Shown one piece after another: positions 8,569 through 18,392 of a stretch of 41,621 nucleotides of DNA (position 1 is the stretch's first letter; every line of letters starts with the position of its first letter). The DNA is from Thermoanaerobaculia bacterium. Its GTDB lineage: Bacteria > Acidobacteriota > Thermoanaerobaculia > Multivoradales > UBA5704. The position numbers and the translations under genes were made by a program. The notes beneath the pieces are model-generated. The model did not search any database, had not been told where the DNA came from, and saw only the letters and a program-made list of their open reading frames with translations. The stretch lies in assembly GCA_036560825.1 (NCBI GenBank), contig DATBQN010000028.1:1-41621 (forward strand). Reading direction: 5' to 3'.

Positions 8569-9202
8569 GGAGCTGCTCCACCCGCGCCACCACCATCTCC
8601 AGCGCCACGCGGTTCTCGCCCCCCTCGGGGATGATGACGTCGGCCCAGCGCTTCGACGGCTCGACGAACTCGAGGTGCATGGGACGGACGGTCTCCGTGT
8701 ACTGGTGGAGGACGTCGTCGACCGAGCGGCCGCGCTCGGTCATGTCGCGCCGCAGGCGGCGGATGAGCCGCAGGTCGGCGTCGGTGTCGACGAAGACCTT
8801 GAACTCGAGGAGGGCGCGCAGGGCCGGCTCCACGAAGAGCAGGATCCCCTCGAGGAGCACGACGGGCCGCGGCTCGACGCGGCGGGTGAGCGCGGTCCGC
8901 CGGTGGCGGACGAAGTCGTAGATCGGGACCTCGACGGCCCGCCCGGCCTTGAGCTCGGCGACGTGGCGGGCCAGGAGGCCGTCGTCGAGGGCGTCCGGGT
9001 GGTCGAAGTTGTGGTGCAGGAGCTCGGCGTCGCTCCTCCACTCGATGTCGCGATAGTAGCTGTCCTGCTCGAGGAAGGCGATGCGCTCGGGCCCCACCGC
9101 GTCGAGGATCGCCCGCACCACCGTCGTCTTGCCCGAGCCGGTGCCGCCGGCGACGCCGAGGACGCACGGCCGGCGCCCGCTGGAGAGGGGGACGGGGAGC
9201 AC
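8561..9202 (-). CDS. udk: Uridine kinase
   Basis: P-loop GVAGGTGSGKTT. Blocks QDSYY, HHNFDHPDALD, PIYDF and FVDTDADLRLIRRLRRD are classic Udk. GTG start at 9202. Confidence 0.9.
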   Translation of the reverse strand: MLPVPLSSGRRPCVLGVAGGTGSGKTTVVRAILDAVGPERIAFLEQDSYYRDIEWRSDAELLHHNFDHPDALDDGLLARHVAELKAGRAVEVPIYDFVRHRRTALTRRVEPRPVVLLEGILLFVEPALRALLEFKVFVDTDADLRLIRRLRRDMTERGRSVDDVLHQYTETVRPMHLEFVEPSKRWADVIIPEGGENRVALEMVVARVEQLLA

Positions 9203-9232
9203 GGCGGCAATTCTATCGCTCGCACGGCGCGC

Positions 9233-10084
9233 TCAGCGCTGGCAGCGCGGGCAGTAGTAGGTGCTGCGGCCCGACTGGACGATCCGCCGGATGGGGGTGC
9301 CGCAGGTCGGGCAGGGCTCGCCCTCCCGCCCGTAGGCCGAGAGCGAGACCTGGAAATAGCCGCTGCGGCCCTCGCCGTCGGCGAAGTCGTTGAGCGTCGT
9401 CCCGCCCTGGCCGATCGCCTGGCGGAGCACCGCGACGACCGCCGCCGCCAGGCGCTCCCAGCGCGCCGGCGAGAGCCGCGCCACCGAGCGGAGGGGGTGG
9501 ACGCCGGCGCGGAAGAGGGATTCCGTGGCGTAGATGTTCCCCACCCCGACGAGGGCCCCAGCGTCCATGAGGAAGCTCTTCACCGGCCCGCGCCGGCCGC
9601 GGGCCGCGCGCGCCAGCGCCTCGCCGGTCAAGTCCCCGCCGATGAGGGTGCCGAGCGGCTCGAGGCCCAGGCCGGCGAAGTGCGGGTCGCGCTCGAGGCC
9701 GTCGGTCGCCACGACGCGGACGAGCCCGAAGCGCCGCGGGTCGCGGAAGCGGAGCTGCCGCCCCGAGCCCAGGAAGAGGACGACGTGCTCGTGCGCCTCG
9801 GCCGGCGCCTTCCTCCCCACGAGAGTCAAGCGGCCGCTCATCCCGAGGTGGACGACGAGGGTCCGCCCGCGGCCGCCGTCCCCCTTCCCATCCGCATGAA
9901 TCAACAGGTACTTGCTGCGCCGTCCGAGGCCGCGGATGGCCCGCCCGGAGAGGGCCGCGAGCTCCCGCGGGCGGACCCGCTCGCGCAGGCGCGGGTCGCG
10001 GACCTCGGCGCGCACGAAGCGGTCGCCCACGAGATGGGGCTCCAGGCTGCGGCGCAGGACCTCGATCTCCGGAAGCTCGGGCAC
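9233..10084 (-). CDS. mutM: Formamidopyrimidine-DNA glycosylase
   Basis: N-terminus (M)PELPEIEV, which requires Pro2, so the start is GTG at 10084 rather than the track's TTG at 10120. A C-terminal zinc finger CPTCGTPI...YYCPRCQ is present. Confidence 0.9.
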   Translation of the reverse strand: MPELPEIEVLRRSLEPHLVGDRFVRAEVRDPRLRERVRPRELAALSGRAIRGLGRRSKYLLIHADGKGDGGRGRTLVVHLGMSGRLTLVGRKAPAEAHEHVVLFLGSGRQLRFRDPRRFGLVRVVATDGLERDPHFAGLGLEPLGTLIGGDLTGEALARAARGRRGPVKSFLMDAGALVGVGNIYATESLFRAGVHPLRSVARLSPARWERLAAAVVAVLRQAIGQGGTTLNDFADGEGRSGYFQVSLSAYGREGEPCPTCGTPIRRIVQSGRSTYYCPRCQR

Positions 10085-10093
10085 GGCCCGCCG

Positions 10094-10120
10094 ATTGTAT
10101 GGCGCGGCGCCTCTTGACAA
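10094..10120 (-). promoter_or_regulatory. Candidate sigma-70-type promoter for mutM (near-leaderless)
   Basis: On the minus strand: TTGTCA (10120-10115), a 15-nt spacer, TACAAT (10099-10094), then 9 nt to the GTG at 10084. Confidence 0.4.
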
Positions 10121-10142
10121 CGCCGCCGGGATGGCGTAAATA
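10114..10142 (+). promoter_or_regulatory. Candidate sigma-70-type promoter for the SplB-like gene (leaderless)
   Basis: TTGACA (10114-10119), a 17-nt spacer, TAAATA (10137-10142), then 7 nt to the ATG at 10150. There is no Shine-Dalgarno sequence in between. Confidence 0.5.
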
Positions 10143-10149
10143 GAGCGTA

Positions 10150-10962
10150 ATGGCCACCGAGATATTCCACCCGCTCGTTCTCTCCCTCGATCCCGCCGGC
10201 GGCCGCTCCGCCGCTTCGGGCCGGCCCGACATCCCCGCCCTCCCGCGCGGCGGCCGCCACGGCTTCCTGGACCTCGACCGCTGGGAGCGCGCCGGCGGGG
10301 TCGCCGACCGTGGCCCGGCCGCCGCCCCCCTCCTCGACCGCCTGCGCCAGGCGGCCGAGCGGCGCGAGCCGGTCGCCGCCGGCACCCTCGCGGACCCCTA
10401 TGGCAGCCGGCGGGCGGCGAGGACCCGCGCGATCCTCGAGACCTGCCGGTCCCTTCAGGGGCTCGCCCTCTCCCTCACCACCCGCTCGCCCTGGGTGCTC
10501 CGCGACCTCGACCTGCTGGCCGAGCTCGACGCCTGTCACGCGGTCTCGATCGAGGTCCCGATCACCGCGGCCGACCCCGAGATCGCGCGGCGCCTGGAGC
10601 CGGACGCGGCCGAGCCCGCGGAGCGCCTCGCAGCGGTCGCCGCGCTCGCCGCCCGGGGCCTCTCGACCACGGTCTGGTGCCTGCCGATCGTGCCCGCGGT
10701 CAACGGCCGGGAGGAGGTGCTGCGGGACCTCTTCGCCGCGGCTCGCGAGGCCGGAGCCCGCGACGTCGCCGGGAGCCCGCTCTTCGGCCCGCCGGCGCGC
10801 ACGGCGCCCGGAGCCCGGTTCCTGCCCCGGCGCGCGCGGGAGATCGCGGCCCGCCGGGCGGGCCGCGATCGGGGGGACGCGGACGCCCTCCGGCTGGCGA
10901 CCCTCTTCGCCCGCCTGCGCCTCGAGCACGGCTTCCCGCGCGACCTGCCGGGCCGGGGCTGA
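10150..10962 (+). CDS. SplB/COG1533-like radical-SAM-fold protein lacking the CxxxCxxC cluster motif
   Basis: The blocks TLADPYGSRRAARTRAILE, SLTTRSPWVLRDLDLLAEL, VSIEVPITAADPEIARRLEP...AEPAERLAAVAALAARGL and VWCLPIVPAVNG match the core of 'DNA repair photolyase'-type radical SAM proteins. The N-terminal 80 aa contain no cysteine. Confidence 0.6.
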   Translation: MATEIFHPLVLSLDPAGGRSAASGRPDIPALPRGGRHGFLDLDRWERAGGVADRGPAAAPLLDRLRQAAERREPVAAGTLADPYGSRRAARTRAILETCRSLQGLALSLTTRSPWVLRDLDLLAELDACHAVSIEVPITAADPEIARRLEPDAAEPAERLAAVAALAARGLSTTVWCLPIVPAVNGREEVLRDLFAAAREAGARDVAGSPLFGPPARTAPGARFLPRRAREIAARRAGRDRGDADALRLATLFARLRLEHGFPRDLPGRG

Positions 10963-10978
10963 TCGTCCGCAAGGCCGG

Positions 10979-11368
10979 TCAGACGTCGCGTCGGGTGAGC
11001 GGTCCGCTCTGCAGCTTGACCAGGGCGTGCTGGCGCTCGATGCCCATCTTCTTGTCCAGCATCTCCTGCTTGACCAGGTCGAGCAGCCGGTCGACCTCGA
11101 CCTGCATCTGCTCCATCTGCTCCTTCATGTTGAGGATCACCTCGACGCCGGCCAGGTTGACCCCCAGGTCGCGCGTCAGGGTGAGGATCGTCTCCAGGCG
11201 GCGGATCGCCTCCTGATCGTAGAGGCGGGTGTTGCCCGAGCTGCGGGCGGGCTTGATCAGCCCCTCGCGCTCGTAGAGGCGGAGCGTCTGCGGGTGGATC
11301 GCGAAGCGCTCCGCCACGACGCTGATCATCACGTACTGCTCGGAGGCGGCGCGGCGGCGGCCCGGCAT
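10979..11368 (-). CDS. hspR: MerR-family heat-shock repressor HspR
   Basis: The helix-turn-helix ISVVAERFAIHPQTLRLYEREGLIKPARSSGNTRLY is typical of HspR. It is the last gene of the dnaK operon. Its ATG overlaps the hsp20 stop (TGATG). Confidence 0.85.
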   Translation of the reverse strand: MPGRRRAASEQYVMISVVAERFAIHPQTLRLYEREGLIKPARSSGNTRLYDQEAIRRLETILTLTRDLGVNLAGVEVILNMKEQMEQMQVEVDRLLDLVKQEMLDKKMGIERQHALVKLQSGPLTRRDV

Positions 11369-11823
11369 CAGGAGGCCTCCTCGATCGGCACCGTCTTGCC
11401 GCCCTTGCCCCCGCCGCTCTTGGGGATGATCACGCGGAGGACGCCGCGCTCGAAGGCGGCGGTGATGCCGTCGCCGTCGATCGGGGAGGTCAGCTCGAAG
11501 GCGCGGCGGAACGGGCCGTAGCTGCGCTCCATGCGGAGGAAGTTACGGCTCTCGCCGAGCGGCTGCCGCCGGCCGGAGAGCTCGAGCCGGCGATCCCGCA
11601 CCTGGAGCTGGATGTCCTCCCGCCGCACCCCCGGCAGCTCGGCGTAGAGGAGGAACGAGCTCTCCGTCTCCAGGAGGTCCACGGCGGGGGCCCAGGTGCC
11701 GGGCAGGCCCCCGTCGCGGTCGTCGTACTCGGCGGGGAGCAGGGCCTGCTCGAAGAGGCCGTGGATGCGGTCCTGGATGCGGGCCAGCTCCTCGAGGTAG
11801 AGCTTCTTGGCAGTCGGCGCCAT
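11368..11823 (-). CDS. Hsp20/alpha-crystallin small heat-shock protein
   Basis: Alpha-crystallin domain blocks WAPAVDLLETESSFLLYAELPGVRREDIQLQV, FRRAFELTSPID and AAFERGVLRVIIPK. Confidence 0.9.
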   Translation of the reverse strand: MAPTAKKLYLEELARIQDRIHGLFEQALLPAEYDDRDGGLPGTWAPAVDLLETESSFLLYAELPGVRREDIQLQVRDRRLELSGRRQPLGESRNFLRMERSYGPFRRAFELTSPIDGDGITAAFERGVLRVIIPKSGGGKGGKTVPIEEAS

Positions 11824-11830
11824 CCCTGCC

Positions 11831-13768
<1,938 letters not shown>

Positions 13769-13828
13769 TGGGTTCGTCTCCTCCCTCGGGGGTTCTTTCG
13801 ACAGGATCGGGAGCCTGTCAGCTCTCCA

Positions 13829-13857
13829 AGTCTAGGATTTTAGTCGTTCGCAGTCAA
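13829..13857 (-). promoter_or_regulatory. Candidate dnaK promoter
   Basis: On the minus strand: TTGACT (13857-13852), a 17-nt spacer, TAGACT (13834-13829), about 60 nt upstream of the dnaK ATG. Confidence 0.5.
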
Positions 13858-13892
13858 TCTTCCGTTACACCCACATTGACAAGATTGGACTG
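13851..13892. promoter_or_regulatory. Imperfect inverted repeat overlapping the dnaK -35 (candidate HspR operator)
   Basis: cagtcaatctt (13851-13861) matches the reverse complement of aagattggactg (13881-13892) apart from one extra base (11 of 12). A nested perfect repeat is gtcaat (13853-13858) / attgac (13875-13880). Confidence 0.4.
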
Positions 13893-13930
13893 AGATTTAT
13901 TCCCTACCGCGCCCCGACGAGAGCCGGAGG

Positions 13931-15145
13931 TCAGTCGAGGAGGACGAGCGGCGCTTTCGAGTCGGGCGAGACGGAGACGAACTCCGGATCGAGGAGGAAG
14001 TTGCCGGTGATCGCCTCCGTCGACTCGGAGCCCTCCCGCGGCGTGCCGCGGGAGTCGACCGGCTGAACCTTGTACCCCTCCGCGCGGGCCGAGTATCGGA
14101 GGGGCGTTCCCAGCGCAGGGTCGAAGAGGTCGGCGGGAGCGAGGAGGCCCGCGGCCTGGAGCTGGGAGAGGCGGTCGGGGAAGTGGCCCTCGAGGAGGAA
14201 GAAGGTCTTCGCCGCGCGATCGATCTTCAGATAGAGGGGCGCCCGCGCCGCGCGAGCGAAGGCCGATCGCTGCCCGTCCTGCCAGGGAAACGGCAGCACG
14301 AGGTCGGCCGGATCCCGCACCACGACGGCGACGACGAGCGCCGCGGCGAGCACCGCGAGGACCTGCCCCACCCTGCGGTGGAGGCGGGGGACCGCGCTCT
14401 CCTCGACCTGCATGCGGCGGAAAGGGAGCGGAACGACGACGCCCGCGCGCTCGCCCCGGCCTCCCGGCTCGGCCGCCGCCAGGCCGGGAGGGCTGAGCGG
14501 CGGGGGCGGAACGAGCGGCCAGGGAACGATGGAGGCCTGCCGCCGCTCCCGCTCCTCGGTCGCGGCGGCGGGAGCTGCCGGGAGGCGCGGCCCGGTCGCC
14601 GCCGGCCCACGGCTGGGCCGCGGACCGGCCGGCGGGGACGGGACGGGTGGCGCCGCGGCCTCCTTCGTGGCCTCGGCGTCCTGGACGGAGTGGAGCAGGA
14701 TCTCCTCGACCGGAATGGGGACGAAGGACTCTTCGTAGGAGACCTCTTCGCCGCTGTAGAACTTGAAGTCGCCCTCCTCCCAGTGGAGGAGCTGCTCGAC
14801 GAGCCGGTAGGTCTGCAGCCGGAGCGCCCCGAGGAGACGCAGCCGCGAGACGTAGCCCCGGTCGACCAGCACGTCGATCAACCGCTCGCCGCTCTCCTGG
14901 TGGTCGGCGGTCGCCCGAGCCATCTCCCCGGCGCCGATCAGGCCCTCGTCGACCAGCACCTTCGCCAGCCCCTCCTCCATCGCCTGGTTCAGCGCGTCGG
15001 CCGCCACGATGCGGCCGGCGAGGAAGGAGATGGCGACGATGTCGCGCGGACCCTGGACGGTCAGGATGCCCGTCTTCTTCTGCTGCGCGATGAGCTGCAG
15101 GATCTCTGGCAGCTTGAAGAGGTCGAGGGTCCCTTCGACGGCCAT
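13931..15145 (-). CDS. DUF4388 (PatA-N-like) domain protein with a TM anchor and an uncharacterised C-terminal domain
   Basis: N-terminus MAVEGTLDLFKLPEILQLIAQQKKTGILTV is the DUF4388 signature. A Pro/Ala-rich linker follows, then one hydrophobic helix (VLAVLAAALVVAVVV). Confidence 0.75.
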   Translation of the reverse strand: MAVEGTLDLFKLPEILQLIAQQKKTGILTVQGPRDIVAISFLAGRIVAADALNQAMEEGLAKVLVDEGLIGAGEMARATADHQESGERLIDVLVDRGYVSRLRLLGALRLQTYRLVEQLLHWEEGDFKFYSGEEVSYEESFVPIPVEEILLHSVQDAEATKEAAAPPVPSPPAGPRPSRGPAATGPRLPAAPAAATEERERRQASIVPWPLVPPPPLSPPGLAAAEPGGRGERAGVVVPLPFRRMQVEESAVPRLHRRVGQVLAVLAAALVVAVVVRDPADLVLPFPWQDGQRSAFARAARAPLYLKIDRAAKTFFLLEGHFPDRLSQLQAAGLLAPADLFDPALGTPLRYSARAEGYKVQPVDSRGTPREGSESTEAITGNFLLDPEFVSVSPDSKAPLVLLD

Positions 15146-15205
15146 GGGGCCAAGGCTCCCGAGTGCGGTCCGACCCGCGGCGCGATGCCCCGTCGCGAGC
15201 CTGCT

Positions 15206-16993
15206 CTAGACCTGATTGCGCTGCTCCGACCGCAGCCTCGCGAGGAGATAGATCACGAGACCCAGGACGGCGAAGACCCACGGCATCAGGCTGCCCGGAT
15301 CATAACCCCAAGGGATGCGATAGCCGAGGTCGCCGAAGAGCGGCAGCATGAGGAGGGCGACCGGCACCAGGAGGGCGAGGAAGGTCTTGCCTCCCTGCCC
15401 CGCCTCGGCCGAGGGAAGGCCGGGAAGGAGGGCCCGCCGCAGGCTCGCCAGGCGGCTGCCGCCGAGCCGCAGGTAGAGGGGCGGCTCGGTGTAGCCGCGG
15501 GGGCGGCGCACTAGGTGGAGGGCGACGGCGAAGAGCAGGAGCCCCGCCGCGAGGGCGACCGAGAGGCCGCGGCGGAGCATCTCGACGCCGGGCGTCAGGG
15601 CCTCGCGGCCTCCCCAGATGGCGACGAGCTGGCGGCGGATCTCGGGGATGCGGGCGATGCCGCCGTCGGCGGCGACCACGCGCTGGCTCTCGGCCTCGTG
15701 TATCCAGCGGCCGACCCGCGCTTCGTCGATCTCCTGCGCCCGGGTGAGGGCGAGGTGCTGCTCGTCGTAGTGGTAGGACTCGGCGTAGGCCTGCGAGAGG
15801 TCGAAGGGCGCCGCGGCGTTCCTGGGGTCGGAGGCCGCCGCCTTCTGGAAGTTCTGGATGGCGTTGCCGTAGTCCCCCTTGTCGAAGAAATAGACGCCGA
15901 GGTCGAGGAGGGCGGAGGTGTTGTTCGGCTCGCGCTCGAGGACCTGGCGGTAGAGGGCGCGGGCGAGGTCCCACTGGCCGAGCGTGCGGTGGAGGTCGGC
16001 GATCAGGTGCTTGACCGCCGTGTTCTCTGGCAGGATCGAGCGCAGCACCCCGAGATCGGCGAAGAGGCCGCCGTAGAGGCGGCGCTCGGCGAGGTTCTCC
16101 ATCGCGACGGCGGGCGGCGAGAGGCCGACCGAGACCTCGCGATGCTCGCCGGCGATGAGGAACGGCGCGCCCCCGACGAGCAGCCAGAGCGCGGCGAGGA
16201 CGGTGCGCTCGGAGGTCGAGGCGTACCCCCAGAGGAGCACCGACCAGTAGAAGAGGAGCCAGATCGGCCCCGCCGGGAGGGCGAGCGGCCAGGCGAGGAG
16301 CGCCACGCCGACGACCAGCGCCGCCGGCTTCGGCAGGCGCCGGGCGAGGAAGCCGGCGAGGTCGCGAAAGAGCGCTCCCCCCTTGGTCGCCATCTGGACG
16401 GCGATGAAGAGGCCGCCGGTCGCCAGCAGCAGATAGAGGCCCCAGAGCGCCATCTCGTCGAGCCACAGGCCGCGCTCGAGCGGCAGGCCGAAGACGCGGA
16501 GGTATCCCTTGCCGAGATGGAGGAAGGCCGCCGGCCACCGCCCCGCGACGCGGTCGACGGCGGCGGCCGCGAAGGCGGTCTCGGGGCGGCCGGGATCGAG
16601 CCGCTCGGCGGCCTCGAGCGCCCAGCCGGCGCGCCGCATCTCGCCCTGCCGCGCCAGGCGGACGGCGTTCAGCAGAGCGCCCAGCGCGAGGTCGGGCAGG
16701 CGCCGCATCCCGAGCTGCCGTCCCGTCGCCAGCAGGGCGTCGACCGCCGACGCCGCGCGCTCGCGGTCGTTGGCGCTGCTCCACTGCAGCCACTGCTCCT
16801 GGAGCTGCTGCAGCGCCTGCTGAACGGGGGCGGTCAGCTCGATGCCGGTCTCGTGCGGGGAGGAGACGGCCTGGCCCGTCCCGGCGGCGGCGAGCGGAGC
16901 AGCGGCGAGGGCGAGGACGAGAGCGAGAACGGCGAGGACAGGCGAGCGGAGCGCGCGCCCGGCCTGCCCGGATTCACCCCCGTTTCTGCACAT
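15206..16993 (-). CDS. Multi-pass membrane protein with TPR repeats
   Basis: The real part of track ORF 15206..17476. The Arg-rich first ~160 aa of that ORF lie over the DUF1844 gene in another frame. ATG at 16993 gives MCRNGGESGQAGRALRSPVLAVLALVLALAAAPLAAAG (signal/TM). TPR-like blocks include ALYRQVLEREPNNTSALLDLGVYFFDKGDYGNAIQNFQKAAASDP. The start is uncertain. Confidence 0.65.
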   Translation of the reverse strand: MCRNGGESGQAGRALRSPVLAVLALVLALAAAPLAAAGTGQAVSSPHETGIELTAPVQQALQQLQEQWLQWSSANDRERAASAVDALLATGRQLGMRRLPDLALGALLNAVRLARQGEMRRAGWALEAAERLDPGRPETAFAAAAVDRVAGRWPAAFLHLGKGYLRVFGLPLERGLWLDEMALWGLYLLLATGGLFIAVQMATKGGALFRDLAGFLARRLPKPAALVVGVALLAWPLALPAGPIWLLFYWSVLLWGYASTSERTVLAALWLLVGGAPFLIAGEHREVSVGLSPPAVAMENLAERRLYGGLFADLGVLRSILPENTAVKHLIADLHRTLGQWDLARALYRQVLEREPNNTSALLDLGVYFFDKGDYGNAIQNFQKAAASDPRNAAAPFDLSQAYAESYHYDEQHLALTRAQEIDEARVGRWIHEAESQRVVAADGGIARIPEIRRQLVAIWGGREALTPGVEMLRRGLSVALAAGLLLFAVALHLVRRPRGYTEPPLYLRLGGSRLASLRRALLPGLPSAEAGQGGKTFLALLVPVALLMLPLFGDLGYRIPWGYDPGSLMPWVFAVLGLVIYLLARLRSEQRNQV

Positions 16994-17480
16994 AGCGGAC
17001 CCGCAGCTGGTAGAGCAGATCCTCCAGGAACGCCGCCTCCTGCGCCGACAGGTTCCCCGCCGTCTTCTGGCGCAGGACGTCGAGCAGGTCGATGTGCAGC
17101 CGCGCCATCTCGAGGTTCTCGGCCGACTGGCCCTCGTAGTCGACGTCTCCCAGGTAGAGGGCGACCGGCTCGGCGAGCACGGCGGCGAGATCGAAGAAGG
17201 TGGGGGCAAGCCCCGGCGGCGTGCCGGGGAGCTCGAGCGGAGCGCCGGCGGAGCGGTCCGCGGGCGGCGCCGCGGCGGCAGGCGGCCGCTCCGCCGCAAC
17301 CGGGCGCTCCGGCTCCCGCCGGGGCGGCTCGGGCGCCGGCGCCGGAGGTGTCTCCCCAGGCTCGGAGTCAGCCACGGCGGGCGTCGTCGCGTTCCTCTCG
17401 AGGAAGCGATACTCTTCGCGCAGCCCGCCGTCGGGCGTGAACATCCGCTTGTCGGTGACCTTGATTTCCTTGTCACTCAT
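16974..17480 (-). CDS. DUF1844 domain protein
   Basis: ATG at 17480 has AAGGAG upstream. The C-terminal block FFDLAAVLAEPVALYLG...NLEMARLHIDLLDVLRQKTAGNLSAQEAAFLEDLLYQLRVRYV matches the DUF1844 pattern. The rest of track ORF 16974..18389 is the antisense shadow of mazG. Confidence 0.75.
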   Translation of the reverse strand: MSDKEIKVTDKRMFTPDGGLREEYRFLERNATTPAVADSEPGETPPAPAPEPPRREPERPVAAERPPAAAAPPADRSAGAPLELPGTPPGLAPTFFDLAAVLAEPVALYLGDVDYEGQSAENLEMARLHIDLLDVLRQKTAGNLSAQEAAFLEDLLYQLRVRYVQKRG

Positions 17481-17513
17481 CCTGGGATTTCGCTCCTTTC
17501 GAGCTTCGAGCCG

Positions 17514-18374
17514 ATGAAAAACTGTAGCAAGCGCCGTTCTCCGAGAGCAAGCGCCGAGAGCAAGCGAGAGGCCGCGGTGAGCGGACGGGCGCCGACCGAT
17601 CTGCAGGCGCTCGTCGACCTCGTGGCCCGCCTGCGGGCTCCCGGCGGCTGCCCGTGGGACCGCGAGCAGCGCCTCCCCGACCTCCGAGCCTATCTCCTCG
17701 AGGAGGCCCATGAGCTGGCCGGAGCGATCGACGAGGGCGCCTGGGAGGCCATCGCCGAGGAGCTCGGCGACCTCCTGTTCCAGGCCGCCTTCATCGCCCG
17801 CATGGCCGAGGAGGCGGGGGCGTTCGGCGCCGGCCAGGCGATCGCCGGCGTCGAGGAGAAGATGATCGCACGGCATCCTCATGTCTTCGGCGGCGAGGAG
17901 CTGCCCGACGCCGACGCCGTGCGCGCGGCCTGGGAGCGGCGCAAGCTGGCGCGCGAGCCGCGGCAGGGCGGGCTCCTCCAGGGGGTCGCGGCGTCGCTCC
18001 CCGCGCTGCTCGCCGCCTACCGTCTGACCCAGAAGGCGGCCGGCGTGGGGTTCGACTGGCCGGACGCCGCGTCGGTGCTCGCCAAGGTCGACGAGGAGAT
18101 GGCCGAGCTCCGCGAGGCGCTGGCGGCGCCGGCGAGCCCACGGTCGATGAAAGACGCGGTGACCGAGGAGGTGGGCGACCTCCTCTTCACCCTCGCCAAC
18201 CTGGCGCGCAAGCTCGACGTCGACCCCGAGGCCGCCCTCGCCGCCGCCAACCTCAAGTTCCGCCGCCGCTTCGCCGCTGTCGAGGCCGGCCTCGCCGCGC
18301 GCGGCAAGGGTCCCGCCGAGGCGACCCTCGCGGAGATGGACGAGCTCTGGGAGGCGGCGAAGACCCGCACCTAG
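17514..18374 (+). CDS. mazG: Nucleoside triphosphate pyrophosphohydrolase MazG
   Basis: GCPWDREQRLPDLRAYLLEEAHEL and EELGDLLFQ, with a second EVGDLLFTLANLARKL repeat, give the tandem MazG domains. Start is ATG 17514 or in-frame GTG 17577. Confidence 0.85.
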   Translation: MKNCSKRRSPRASAESKREAAVSGRAPTDLQALVDLVARLRAPGGCPWDREQRLPDLRAYLLEEAHELAGAIDEGAWEAIAEELGDLLFQAAFIARMAEEAGAFGAGQAIAGVEEKMIARHPHVFGGEELPDADAVRAAWERRKLAREPRQGGLLQGVAASLPALLAAYRLTQKAAGVGFDWPDAASVLAKVDEEMAELREALAAPASPRSMKDAVTEEVGDLLFTLANLARKLDVDPEAALAAANLKFRRRFAAVEAGLAARGKGPAEATLAEMDELWEAAKTRT

Positions 18375-18392
18375 CAGACCGACGCCCACACT

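Noticed and set aside
13769-13930. Canonical HAIR operator (CTTGAGT-N7-ACTCAAG) upstream of dnaK
   Set aside because: I could not find it on either strand. Only the different inverted repeat reported above is present.
15206-18389. Track ORFs 15206..17476, 16974..18389, 24084..25613, 33900..36488, 23886..25676 and 24875..28237 taken at full length
   Set aside because: Each is a chimera. The real gene occupies the 3' part, with a signal peptide or SD at an internal start. The 5' extension is Arg-rich open frame lying over a neighbouring gene, so I trimmed the starts accordingly.
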